Shown one piece after another: positions 40,995 to 55,290 of a stretch of DNA of 64,000 bases (position 1 is the stretch's first letter; each line of letters starts with the position of its first letter). Source of the stretch: Octopus vulgaris (Eukaryota). Location: NCBI GenBank assembly GCA_951406725.2, contig OX597828.1, forward strand, positions 9,176,001 to 9,240,000. The letters are read 5' to 3'. The position numbers and the translations under genes were made by a program. The notes under the pieces are model-generated. The model was not told the DNA's origin. It searched no databases and saw only the letters and a list, made by a program, of their open reading frames with translations.

Positions 40995-41224
40995 CATACA
41001 CACATATATGTACGTATTTTAAAGAAGTCCTTGCGTAAGGCCGGAACAAAGCGAGAAGATACCATGTAAACTACAAAAAGGAAAAGAAAACATATTTAGA
41101 CATTTCCATATTTCGGGGTGAAGAGAGTCTTTCTTCAGTTCATTTGGTATAAGCGCTTGTTGAAAAAAGGTCGTTCCTCAGATGTGTGTGCGTGTCTGTG
41201 TATGTGTGAGTTTGTTTGTGTGTT

Positions 41225-41287
<63 letters not shown>

Positions 41288-41478
41288 CACCCACACATAC
41301 AGACCGATGAGCAATAACTTTTTTCCGACTACGACTTTTTTCAAAATGTCCTAAACATGGGGCCTTTACCCAGAAATATAGAAGTAGGAGGTGAAACTGC
41401 AATTTGGTTTTGGTTTCTCGTTCCCTTTTGTAGTTTTAGCGTGGCGATAACTATTCATATATATATATATATACAACA

Positions 41479-41689
41479 ACTAGAAAGAGCATCCAAACTC
41501 AAACTGCTAAATAGTTGTAATTCTGAAATTGGAAGAGAAATAAAAACATTTACCCTTTTCATCCTGGACTATGCATAGTTTCGACAAACTATGCATAGTC
41601 CAGAGATGAAAAGGGTAAATGTTTATATTTCTCTTCCAATTTCAGAATTACAACTATTTAGCGATTTGAGTTTGGCTGCTCTTTCTAGT
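41479..41689. repeat. ~210-bp palindrome centred on an HHR 3' half
   Basis: Arms 41479-41581 and 41586-41689; the minus strand at the centre reads cGAAA-ctatgcatag-TC. Confidence 0.9.
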
Positions 41690-41859
41690 GAGTCGAATGG
41701 CCTATCAGGGCCATTCCTTATATTGTTGAATGTATATTATATAGTCTTTAACTTTTTTCTCCTTCTCACTAGACCGCTGGTAGCGGAGAATTTTTTTGCT
41801 ACCCTTATATTTATTAATATATATATATATATATATATATACGTATATATATGAATATA

Positions 41860-41911
<52 letters not shown>

Positions 41912-42004
41912 GCATATATACATATATACATATATATATACACATACATAGAACATCGTTATTTTTTGTAAAAACCTGCCTCTGCTGATACTCAGGGATT
42001 TAGT

Positions 42005-42882
42005 AATAACTTCGCCCATAGGAAGAAGCCTCCTGTGAGCAGTGCTCATGTTACCAGCTCCAATTTACTTAAACCTGTCAACCTCTCATTTGCTCTGCCT
42101 CCACAAGTCTTTACGCTTCTCTCGGACAGTGAGTGAGGCATTGCCGTCATACACCCAAAGCACTGCTTCTATGGGCGTCCACGCCACTTAGCAGCTATTT
42201 ACGATAAAGGATCCAACATACTTGTTACGTGGTAGCAGGGTTTGCTGGACATAGCAGCCAAATATTTCTTTTCCTGGAGGTAAGGTGCCGTTTACACGTG
42301 ATTTCGATGTCACATTTATTAAAAGTATGCGAGATAATATGGAAAAGAAAAAAAGCCTTCAGATACTGAGTTTCCCGGTGATCCAACGGGTCACGGATAG
42401 TGATCCGTTTGCATGGGTAAAATTGCAAGCAAGCAAGCATGATTAAAACTGACTTTTAATGTATGATATATTGCCTTTTGATGTGGTACTCACTGAGTGG
42501 TAGTCCGTAAAAAGGAGAGTAAGTCGCCCTTTCTCTCCGTGCGCAGCTAAGTCTCCCGAGCCAAGGAAATGGTAAGGACGTTCTTTACCAAGAAGACGGA
42601 AGATTCATAGAGCAACATTTCTTGCAACCAAGTGCCAACTATCAAGTGAGCTACTAATGTGAGGCAGTTGCAACGTCGACCACGTTCATTACAATATTGC
42701 CCACCACTTGGAACTTGGCGTGGATGCCCAGAGCAGCAGTCTTTTGAGTGTAAGATGGTAAATGCCTTACTCACCGTCCTATAGAAGCGTAAAGACTTGT
42801 GGTAGCAGAGCAAATGAGAGGTTGACAAGTTTAAATTGGAGCTGCTGACAAGAGCACTGCTCATTCCCATGTGCGAAGTTAT
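42005..42882. mobile_element. RTE-like LINE 3' remnant (42590-42882, +) with inverted partial copy (42005-42186)
   Basis: Broken frames give PTI.ELLM.RQL..DHV, DGKCLTHRP..KRKD and AADKS. ~170-bp reverse-complement match between the two segments. Confidence 0.6.
42361..42400 (-). ncRNA. Decayed HHR motif (U4C, A6 deleted)
   Basis: Minus strand CCG-TGA-cccg..cgg-GAAA-ctcag-TA, followed by ttttaataaa; similar layout to 27601-27638. Stem I is not evident. Confidence 0.5.
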
Positions 42883-43049
42883 ATTTATGTATATATATAT
42901 ATATATATAAATATACATATACACACTAATTTCCTCACAAGTCGACGTGGGACTACAGTAAAAGTGACTGACCCAAATTGCCTAGTATTGAAGACGCTTC
43001 TTAGCCGTACAAGCGCTTGTGCGTACTATTTTGAGTATGCTTGCCTTCT

Positions 43050-43410
43050 AGGCGCCACTGCATAGTGCCAAGGCCTCCAAATTTGCCATCAAGATGTTGG
43101 ACAAGATACTGTGATAGCCTGGGCTTCAGAGGCCCACAACTCTTCAATATCCTCCCGAAGAACCTGAGAGACCTGCATGTGTTGGATGCAGATGTCTTTA
43201 AAATAAAACTGGATCTCTTCCTGTCAGGTGTCCCAGATGAACCAACTTCACGGCAGGAGGTGCAGATGAGGGCAGCTGCATCGAACTCTCTCATGCACTA
43301 AATGGCAATTGCTAAAAAGCATTCGTGAAGTAAAATCATGTAGCAACACCAAATGGCGGTGTCCCAGCATGGCCATACCTCGTGAGCTGAAACTAGATAA
43401 AACAAAATAA
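43050..43410 (+). mobile_element. CR1/L2-group LINE 3' fragment
   Basis: GPQLFNILPKNLRDL..FKIKLDLFLSGVPDEP..AAASNSL; tail ggcggtgtcccagcatggcc..ctgaaacta. Confidence 0.8.
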
Positions 43411-43430
43411 ATAAAATAAATATATATGTG

Positions 43431-43495
<65 letters not shown>

Positions 43496-43581
43496 GTATA
43501 TATATATGTGCATATATAAAAATAAATGAATAATAATAGATGAGTGTACAGTTACCAATCCCTTACGGCCGTTTCTACCAT

Positions 43582-43630
<49 letters not shown>

Positions 43631-44015
43631 CGTATAGAGAGTTAGATATATACACACATAAGGAGAGATAGAAGAGATAGAGGGAAAGAGTGAGAGATTC
43701 AACAATATTCATTCATCAACGTATACTCAAATAAATAGAAACTAAAATGTGTATGCATATCTCTTTTACTCAGTCTATGTTTGTATGCGTGTATATTTAT
43801 CCGTGCATATGCATGTGTAAGTGTGTGTGTATACATGCGCATAAATGTAAATACATGTATGAGCGCCTTTCTTTAAGTGTGTTTCCCTGAGTGTTGATAT
43901 ATTGACGTTCGTTCATTGGGAAACCAATGTAGATTTCAATAAAACACTACTTTAATTCTCTTATGTGCTATAGATTATTCTTGTATTTCGTGAAGTAATA
44001 CGCACCTACACAAGC

Positions 44016-44058
<43 letters not shown>

Positions 44059-45581
44059 CACATATGCGTTCGTTTGAATATATGTAAATGTACATATATA
44101 TACATACACGCACACACTCACTCTCTCCTCCGTCACAATGACACATTTGTGTGTGTGTGTGTACCTGTATATGAGCATGATATCGTCATTTATAATTCTG
44201 TACGATATTCTTGCAACAAAGTATATCCATATATTTCAATTTTTCTTCATTTGCTGTCAGTAAAGTCAACTGTTGAAGGTTTTAGCAATGAAACTCAAAT
44301 AAAACATGGAATATAGCCAGTAAACTCTGATTGGATGGCATCCGATGCCTTATTTACAGTTTTCAACTTTTATCGCATCAATGTGATGGATTTAAAAGAT
44401 TGATCTGAAGGAAAATTGCCAAATGCTTATTCAAATTAAACTTGGTGTCGATTTGCATGTATACATACGTATTCAATTCAAAAATCTCCAACTTCAATAG
44501 ATTTGAATTATTTTCCTTACTCCTATGTATACACAATAAAATCAAAAACACATTTACTCACACACATATAATTATATATACTGAATCACAGACATCAATC
44601 ACTAGTCTAGTAAAAAGCAATCATTTTGCGACTTTGTGGATTTATATTTATGGATACCTAACTCAAATATTATATGGTTTCTTACACAAATATAATTTCC
44701 CTGTCCTCTAAAGTCTTTAATTGAAAATTTCAATGTCAGAATATATTCTGCAAGCTGAAATTTTCTAATATTCGGGTTGCATTTGTAACATATTGTTTAA
44801 TTTAGCTCTTCCTAATCTGTGAATGATTTCAAACATAATTCTCGTGATTACAAACTTTGTAAGATAAGCATCATGGTCCTTACATATCCACCTTTATAGG
44901 CGATCTTTCTTGCTTTTAGAGGTTTCGGTTTCATTAGTCGGGGACAGTTTCTAATGCTTAGAATTTACTCTAATTCGATAACGTATACACAAATCTACCA
45001 GCAGAGAAGGATATGGTTACGTTTGAAGATTTCACTAAGACACATTAATATGAATAATGTTCATTAATATTGGATTATGACCGAAAAATTATACGAGGAC
45101 AAGTTGCCGAAATGACATCCCTCCGATGGATTTCTTGAGTAACGTTACTCGATGGAGTGCACAGCATGGTGATTAGACATTTTGTCCAGATTGGGTCGCA
45201 TTGTTTCCCAAAGAGAGGTCACAGATCCTCTATTAATGACATATCGCAGTAAGGAATCACAAGATAGATTCCGCAGACCGAGTCAACCGACAGAAGACCT
45301 AGCGGTAGATTAACAGACATTTAATTGGTTAATATCCACAATTTCAGTTGATCACTCTTGGGAATCAAGCTGAATTTTGTGCTTCTTTTAGGAACACCCG
45401 TGATGCCTAAGGACTCTTACCCTACACCTCTTTTAGGTATAGTGGGCGAAGAACATGAATATATGATAGTAAGAGCAAGACTAAATATCACATTATGATG
45501 TCTTTGGTAAAGTAATGATACTGATGCAACATCATATTTTAAATTTTTCTTTGATCTAACTCTCGTAAGCAACGTTCTTAT

Positions 45582-46575
45582 TAATAAACCTTTCTACTAT
45601 AGGCATGAGGTCTGAAGATTTGGGGTAGAGGGCTGGTCGATTACATCTACCGCATTGCATGACTGGTACCGTTTTTCATCAAAACCGAAAGGATGAAAGG
45701 CAAAGTCGACCGCAGCTCAGAATTTCAACCGACGTGCTAAAGATCCTGCCAGTTCGCTGCCTTACCCTTATCATTAATAACCCTTTCTACTATAGGCACG
45801 AAGCCTGAAGTTTTGGAGGAGGGGCAAGTCGATTAAATCGACTCCAATATTTCACTGGTACTTAATTTATCGACCCTGAAAGGATGAAGGTCAAAGTCGA
45901 CTTCGGTGAGATTTGAACTTAGAACGTAACGGCAGACGAAATACCTATTTCGTTACTACCCACAAGGGGCTAAACACAGAGAGGACAAACAAGGACAAAC
46001 AAACGGATTAAGTCGATTATATCGACCCCTGTGCGTAACTGGTACTTATTTAATTAACCCCGAAAGGATGATAGGTAAAGTCGACCTCAACGGAATTTGA
46101 ACTCAGAACGTAACGGCAGACGAAATACCTAATTCGGGAGAGTGGTAAGCGGATTACATCGACAGCAGTGGACAACTGGAATTCATTTTATCAACCCTGA
46201 AGTTATGAAGAGCAAAGTCAACCACAACGTAATGTGAAATAAGAAGGTAAAGATGGCCGAAATATCCCAAATAATCTTGTCCGGCGAAATAACAATTCCG
46301 CCAGCTTGTCGACTTAACGAAAAAAGGAAGACTAATAATTCTATCTACTGCATACACACGGCCTCAGACTCAGGGGAAGGGATTAAGTCGATTACATCGA
46401 CCCCAGTGAGTAACTGGTACTCTAATCGAGCCCGAAAGGATGAAAGACAAAGTCGACCTTTGTGGAATATGAACTCAGAACGTAACGGCAGACAAAAAAC
46501 CGCTATGCATTTCGCCGAGCATGCTAACGATCTTGCCAGCTCGCCGCCTTAATATAATAATAATATAATGATAAT

Positions 46576-46650
<75 letters not shown>

Positions 46651-46860
46651 GCTTCAAATTTTGCCACAAAGGCAGCAATTTTGGGAGAGGGATCAGTCGA
46701 TTACATCTACACCAGTGTTCAACTGGTGCTTATTTTATCGAACCCGAAGGATGGAAGGCAAAGTCGACCTCGGCGGAAGTTGAACTCAGAAGGTAGCGAC
46801 GAGCGAAATACCACTAAACATTTCGTCCAGCGCGCTAACAACTCTTCCAGCTCACCACCT
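45582..46860 (-). mobile_element. Tandem cluster of ~6 SINE family A copies
   Basis: Repeated 'cgaaaggatgaaaggcaaagtcgac' and 'gtcgattacatcgac' units about every 180-220 bp, with (TAA)n at 46553-46647. Confidence 0.9.
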
Positions 46861-46921
46861 TATATAATAATAATAATAATGATGATGATGATGATACTAC
46901 TACTACTACTACTACTACTAC

Positions 46922-46968
<47 letters not shown>

Positions 46969-47337
46969 GTTTAATTTTATCAATATAGAATATTTGAATA
47001 CTGTATAAGACGAATTATGAAGAGAAGTCACAAAAAATGTATATTTTTGAGAGAAGGTGTGAATTCTTAGAATGGTGTACATCTACTTAAATATATGTAA
47101 TTCATAATATAGGTATTTTGCACAACGTTTATCACAATATTTAAATGACACTCTTTCATTTCCTTTCGTTTTTAAAACTGATGTTTCAATTTCACCTCAG
47201 TATTCATTTCTTACTTTGAATATATTTTTCGTCGCATGTGACTAGATGTATGTATGTATGTATGTATGTATGTATGTATGTATGTATGGATCGATGTAAC
47301 TATCTATCTATCTATATATTTATATATATATATACAT

Positions 47338-47495
47338 GCGCAAGTGTCGGTGTGTGGTGAGAAGCTTGCTACCAAACCACATGGTTCGGGGTTCAGTCAT
47401 ACTACGTGGCACCATGGGCAAGCGTCTGATACTATAGCTTGGGGCCTCCCAAAACCTTGTGCGTGGATATTCAGTAGCTGAAAAAGCCCCGTCGT
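47338..47495 (+). mobile_element. SINE family B 5' half
   Basis: gtgtggtgagaagcttgct..accacatggttcggggttcagtc..gcccc gtcg. Confidence 0.75.
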
Positions 47496-47717
47496 GTGTG
47501 TGTGTGTGAAGGCACATAGCTCTTTTATATTGAAAACACAGTGCACGGGTATGTTAACCAACAACTTGGGTTACTCAGGAACTTCTGTAAGACTTCAAAT
47601 TCAACTTACCCCAATGAATTTATTCTAAATGATTTGAGATACTAGTCCTGCCTTGATTTTGAATTTTATTCTAAGATATATAAATACACACACACACACA
47701 TACGTATATACATATAT

Positions 47718-47788
<71 letters not shown>

Positions 47789-48169
47789 TACTTTAATCTT
47801 TTTACTTGGTTCAGTTATTTCATTGCGGACATGCTGGAGCACCGCGTTACAAATGCATTCATACATAGATGCACATGCATATGAATAAATATAAAAGATC
47901 ATTATATTGTCTCATCACATCCCGTCCATGTTACTGAAATGAGGTTGCTGATGGAGCAAACTAAAAATAAATATATTTACCAATACTCCCAGTATTGTTA
48001 GCTAAAATTCGTAATACAAGACGTACAAGAACTGTAAATCAACAAACAGGAAACATTACATGAACATAAATATTCCTCTCTGATCCATTGAAATTTAATA
48101 AGTAAACTACACTATTCGAACCAATTTTTATTCATTATGACTCTCAAACTCATATTTATCTCAGCTACC

Positions 48170-48505
48170 ATGTGCATCACTGATCACGAGCAAGGGTAGC
48201 GAGGGCACACCAGAGGCATGTGTGGAGAGTGATACGTAGGGATTTGAATAATTCACTAACGGAAACGTTACTGTTCTGTTCATCATACTTCAAACAACAC
48301 TTATTGAGCGTCATTTTCGACCGAGATAGCCTACTGGACCTGAAGACAATTCTAACTGAGCCCCACTTGAAAGGTAAGGCGATGTTTGTCTTCATATGAG
48401 GTCAGCAACACGCGCACATATGAATCAGGTTATGATGCACGTGTCTGGAGTATCCTTGTCAGACGGATAGTCATGATGGGTGTATTGGCCATGCGGTTCA
48501 TTCAC
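48170..48505. mobile_element. Diverged copy of the 22111-22684 repeat
   Basis: tgtgcatcactgatcacgagca, tttgaataattcac and tcagacggatagtcatgatgggt match the reverse complement; followed by (AAT)-like repeats. Confidence 0.75.
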
Positions 48506-48639
48506 AATAATACTAATACTACTAATAATAACGAATAACAACAACAGTTATTCTAACATAAAGATAATCAGAAAATATTTATAAGCACCAAGATACAAAT
48601 GTTGGTATATTTGTACTCGTATTTTCATATATATATATA

Positions 48640-48751
<112 letters not shown>

Positions 48752-48775
48752 TGTATATATATATATATATGTATA

Positions 48776-48829
<54 letters not shown>

Positions 48830-49494
48830 CATACATATACACACACATATATATGTACACACACATATACATACACCCCCGCATACATTTACATATGATT
48901 TTGTATTTACGTATATATATATGAATGTTTCTCGTATGTGTATATGCGTTGTACATAAACATATGTATAACTGTGTATGCTATAAGTACATCTACAAGAA
49001 TCGTCCAATGATTGATAGTGCTTTACTTCATGTTTGTGTTTCTAATTATATAATACATTTTGGCTTGAAAAATATAATAAAATTACATCGAAGATATATC
49101 GCTTTCCCCCTCCGGAGAATAAACTTTCGTTAAACTTAAGTAATGTTACGACGGAAAATTTATTCAAATTAACGCCTTGAAAACCTCAACGCTCTGCTAA
49201 AATAGGCGTCTTTCCAAAATTTTATTCAGTACAGCGAAATTTGATATCCTCTGTCTCATGTTTATTATTTTTTTTTTGTAATTTATTTATATATTTTTGT
49301 CATCAAGTCTTCTTCGAATTATCTAGAATAACTATGTCTGTCTACATATATCTATCTATAAACATATATGTGCATGTGTGTACACACGCAGATATATAGA
49401 TATATATACATGTGTGTGTGTGTATATATATATATATTCATGCATGCACGTGTGCATGTGCATATATATGTGTGCGTGTGCGTGTATCTATATC

Positions 49495-49526
<32 letters not shown>

Positions 49527-49986
49527 TATACAAGTATATACACACACACACATATATATATGCGTATGTAGAAAATAATTTAGAAATATAGACAAATGTA
49601 TATGTATATCTATCTATCTATATATATATATATGTATGTACGTGTGTTTGTTTGTGTGCTTGTGTGTGTGTGTGAGTGCATGTGTGTGTGCGTGTGTGTG
49701 TGTGCCTGTGTGTGTGTGTGTGTGTGTTCGTATATGTGTATGTGTGCATGTTTGCTGATAGAAGTGCCCGATAACAGACATAACGAGATCTAATACATTC
49801 CTATAACCACTGAAACGTAAATTCACGCTTACAAATCTGCATGCATTTTATTTCAAATAAATCTAAAAATATATTCTGTTACGTGCTCATCTGAATCAGG
49901 CAGTACATCATTGACATGTGTCTGTATATCTATATCTATCAATCTATCTATATATATATATATATATATGTATGTATATATGTATG

Positions 49987-50128
<142 letters not shown>

Positions 50129-51397
50129 AATATACATGTAAGCGGAAGTTGTTATAAGGTGAGTGGGCATGTGCGTAATATTTGAAGTGAATTGCATATC
50201 TCGTGGTCTTTTATAAGAGGAATGTATGCGTAAGTTCGAAGATTCCTCTGAAATTCTTAAGCTCTGGAATTTAGTCTCTTTACGCATTATGTGAGGGTAT
50301 ATATCAATGTTAATCAAACTGCTCGTAGATTTCTGCATTTTCTATCTAAATCATACGTTATGATCTCTATCATCTATTGGGAATGCTAACAGCAGGATAG
50401 ATATTTCGACGGAAGTGAGATTCACAAAATATTTTATCGTGTAATTCTCCTGCATTCATACAGACGCAAACATATGCACACCTCACACCATCAACGCATA
50501 GATAATATAGTTTTGTGAATTAATTACTATTGGTGTTATGCATACACACAAACTCCCCCACACACACACATACAAACGCACAGACGTGTATGTGTGTGTG
50601 TCTCTGTATTCATTTCGTGTACGAACGTACACAGAAATAGATGCTGTTTGACCCATATATCTATATATATATATATATACATGCTCGACCATGCATGTAT
50701 AAATATACATAATACAAATATATATAAACGTATATATAACTATATATATATATATATGTATATATGTAAACACACACACACACACAGACACACACATATA
50801 TATATATACATACATATATGTTCATACATGGAAGCATAAATATAAACATCTATATACATATACTATCGCACACATATCCACATTCCAACATAACACACAT
50901 AAACATTTATTCATGAATGCGTGTGTTTGTGTGTATGTGCGTGGGTTTTTGTATTCCTGTGAATATTAGAGAAAGAGAGAGAGAGTGAGAAAAGAGAGAG
51001 ATAGTGAGTGAGTGAGTGAGTGAGATAGAGAGAAAGAGGGAGAGAGAGGCAAATATAGAGAATATGGTTTTCATTATATGCAACTACATATACTGATGTG
51101 AATCAGAGAGAGAATTTTTAAATATATAAATATATCTCTTCTCCCTTTCGTTCATCAATTTTAAGTTCACACTACGACCACCATCAAAAAGCTAACAAAA
51201 CAAAATCCCGTTACGTACAATATGTTTTATGTCGAATAACAATAAAAAACACTTCTTTACAATATAAATTTACGAATGAGTAAATTTATGTATCTTTATA
51301 TGTTCTTTGTGATACTAGTCGGTATAATACGTTACGAATATGACCGTATTCTCTGCCATTTTTTCTATCTCTCCTTCAGTTAGACTGATATGCAGTA

Positions 51398-51466
<69 letters not shown>

Positions 51467-51572
51467 AAAAGAGATAGAGAGACAGAGAGGAGAGAGAGAC
51501 AGAGAGGGAGAAAGTGAAAGAGAGAGAATAATTTTATAAAATTATTTTAGCATTTTCTATCCTGACTTGTTT

Positions 51573-51641
<69 letters not shown>

Positions 51642-51879
51642 GACATATATACGCATACACACACACGCATATGTACCTGAATATATGGATTGTATGCATA
51701 TGACAAAACTGAAGATAATAAACAAGTTTATTATAGTCATTGAAGCATGATTTGGGAGAGCGCGGAATAAGGAAACACCATATTACTTTATATATTTAAT
51801 TCTATTTGGTGTTTCTTATTGTCGGCGAATAATATCTGCGATATTTACACCTTACAATTACGTTCTTGCTAAAATTTCA

Positions 51880-52400
51880 CTGATTTCGAAAAAAAGTTTA
51901 AACAACCACTAAATATTTCCGATTGTCTCCGACAGAAGGATTAAATTGTAGAAGAATGGAACTAACGAATTCCTCGTTGTCCAAAGAATCATAGGTAATG
52001 CCACCCATTTTGGTCTTTAAACAATACTTTGTGAAATATACAACCTTATCTAGCAGCGCACCATCAAGGAAATCAAATTTGGTTTGCAAAACAAAAATGT
52101 GAAGGCATCTCTCGTCATATTGAAGAATATTTTCACACCGTTCATTTAATACCTCATTATTAAATTGCAGGAAATTTGCTTAATTACTTTTCCAAACCTT
52201 CTGAATTACCATGTGATTTCTCGTGAAACATAATGCATCATCTCAGGAATCAATAAACTAAAATGTGCATACATTGTAATCAGAAGTGGTGGAATTGCCA
52301 GGGAAGTATCTATGAAGTAAGCTAACAAACTTCTCATGCTATATATTTCATACAGAAAAACAATTCCGTTCACGAACTAAACCCTTCGTTTTTGTGAACA
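51880..52400 (-). mobile_element. Possible piggyBac-like transposase remnant
   Basis: QTKF...LDKVV..KYCLK and FVSSILLQFNP..NRKYL resemble 'TK.GVD.LDK...Y', 'NS.IL' and 'RR.FL'. Confidence 0.35.
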
Positions 52401-52723
52401 TTTCAAAAACCCGAGTAAGACAAGCATTCTTGAGATCTATTGCATAGTATAACGTTAGATTAGAACGATGTTTTGAACTGATAAAAAAATACGTATTTGA
52501 GAGTCAGTATGCATTCATATATTATGATAGATCGCTAGCCACTACACATTATTTATTTTCTGTCCTTGTTTCTTTCTCTGATCCTTTCTGTGGAAGAGCG
52601 TAGAGTAGAAATGATCAAGACATTTTCACTTACCGAGCGTTATACTAATACATGTTTGTTATCTACACCACCTGTCTCTGTCCTTTCTTCGTTTGTGAAT
52701 TCCCCCCTCCCCTATATATGTAA

Positions 52724-52767
<44 letters not shown>

Positions 52768-52786
52768 ATATATATATATATATATA

Positions 52787-52819
<33 letters not shown>

Positions 52820-52837
52820 TCTAATATGTATATTTAT

Positions 52838-52879
<42 letters not shown>

Positions 52880-52908
52880 TACATATATATATATATATAT
52901 ATACGTAC

Positions 52909-52951
<43 letters not shown>

Positions 52952-53436
52952 TATATATGTATGTACGTATGTATGCATATACATAGCTATGTATAAGTTC
53001 AGCCCTATCCTTGCCACTCAATTTGGAATGTTCTTCCGCGATTTTATCATTTCTCTTTAAATATCTTTAGAGCGACAATAATTACAGCATTTTCAAAGAA
53101 AAGAAATGTCTATGATTGTTGTAGGACGGGTATTGGCAATGTTTCTCGAGAAGCGGTTTGCATAACAAATGCATAATGATAGGACAGACGACATATTGAC
53201 GGTTATTTTTCGTTTACACGTCCCTTTCAGAAAGGGCTGTGACCACAGTTTGTCCGCGACTGATGTAGGATATCTGTGCGGAATAACCCTTAAACTAAGT
53301 GGAGGAAGATTTTACTGGAAATATCAACTCATACAAATAATTTTTGTATGAATAATGACATCCAAGAATGTATGTAAATATCGAGTATTTTCATAAAACC
53401 ACAATCTCACTGAATATTGGTTGCTTTACTGTAGAC

Positions 53437-53607
53437 CAGTGGTTCGAAGCCTATGTTCCGCAAAGGTAGTACTGGTGGAGGGAGGTCTGTGAACTAAATT
53501 CAAAATTTTATATATTTATACACACACACACAAGGGAAGGCATATTAAAAGGAGTCCGTGGGAAAACTCATTTACATAACGGGGGTCCTTGATAGGAACG
53601 ACTACTG
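53437..53607. mobile_element. Possible decayed hAT-type MITE
   Basis: Ends cagtggttc / gaacgactactg; internal gggggtcc-like motifs. Confidence 0.35.
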
Positions 53608-53804
53608 TAAGCAATACATTCACGACTAATATTTGAATGTTATCAAATGATAAAAAATGACTAGAGTAGGAATGCGTACATATAAGCATATATACATATA
53701 TACATACATATATACATACATATATACATACATATATACATATATACATACATACATACATACATACATACATACATACATACATACATACATACATACA
53801 TACA

Positions 53805-53838
<34 letters not shown>

Positions 53839-53988
53839 CATACATACATACATACATACATATACACATACATATACACCATACATACATGCATATATAC
53901 ATACATATATACATATATAAATATATAAATATATAGATATATATATAAACATATATATATATTTATATATATATAAATACATATAAAA

Positions 53989-54019
<31 letters not shown>

Positions 54020-55074
54020 AGTACATTCACACACTCCACCACACACACACACACACAATATATATAGTTACTATCAAACATAAGAATATATATCTGTATC
54101 TATGCGTACGTTGTGTGCGCGCGCATGTGTGCGTCTATATATGTTTATGTTTTGAAAGAGTACGGAACGTTCGTGAGTATACATACGTTCCTACGTACAT
54201 ACATTTAACTTGTCAACCAACATCAAAGCTATGTTGTTCTAACTGGAGTTTTATATTTCTTTGATGTGTTTCACCAGTAAACAATAGTTCAAAAAAGTAT
54301 CATTTGCAGTGTATATGACTGGCCCTGTTTGAGACTTATAAACAGGTTTGTGTGGATAACCTATTGTATATTACACTTTTTTTTTCAGCGTTTCCTCTTC
54401 TGAATTAAATTAATCCAGTTGAAGTATATATGAATCAGATCGTTACACCCCAATGTTACAAATAAAAAGAAAATATGTTTTTGCAAAATAGGTTAACTTA
54501 AATGCTTTTTTCACTTTCTAGGAATTTTTTCGAGCGTTTATGCTTAAAACATATTATAAAAGTCTAGAATCAGCTCATGTATGCCCTTGTAGAGGAAATG
54601 TACCTATCGTAAACGTATCCCTATATAGGAAAGCCTGGGTCAACATATGTCAAAAGGATCATAAGGACCATTCCCTAGTCTTCCTTTAAGACTATTCGGT
54701 AAACTTGTATTTTAAATAACTAGGGGAATGTGTGAATGAGCTGTACAACATCCACTCCATTCTTACACTCATACAGCATCGGTTCTTTGTGTAAATGATA
54801 TACAAATATGTAAACATTATCGACTGGAATGCTGAGACATCAGAACCTAATTGCACATTCTAATTACAGTTTTTTCAAGCACATTTCTTTCTCGATATCT
54901 AAATTATTAATACATTTTAAAGACTTCTAGTAATGCTGGTTAATGGCGTCTGTACGCTGCTTTAGATTAAATATATCTGAGCACAAATTTCTTAAAATTA
55001 TCCACTCTAAGTACTTTTGTGAAATCTGACAAATTTTTAGCAGGGCAGTTCTTATTTTCTAAAAGTTCGATTAA

Positions 55075-55290
55075 AATAACCCTTTCTATTTTAGGATACG
55101 AAGCTTCAAATTTTGTGGGAGATTGGAATAGTCGATTACATCGATTCCATTGCTCAGCTAGTACTTATTTCGTCGACCCAGAAAGGGAAAATAGCAAAGT
55201 CGACTTTGACTGAATGTGAAATCTGAACGTAAAGGCGGACGTATTGCCGCTAACCTATTTGTCCGATGCGCTAACGATGCTGCAAGAGCC
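55075..55290 (-). mobile_element. SINE family A
   Basis: gtcgattacatcga..gtacttattt..gaaagg..caaagtcgac..cgctaacga. Confidence 0.8.

Noticed and set aside
45582-46860. Regularly spaced repeats resembling a CRISPR array
   Set aside because: Whole ~200-bp units are homologous SINEs in eukaryotic DNA; no unique spacers or cas genes.
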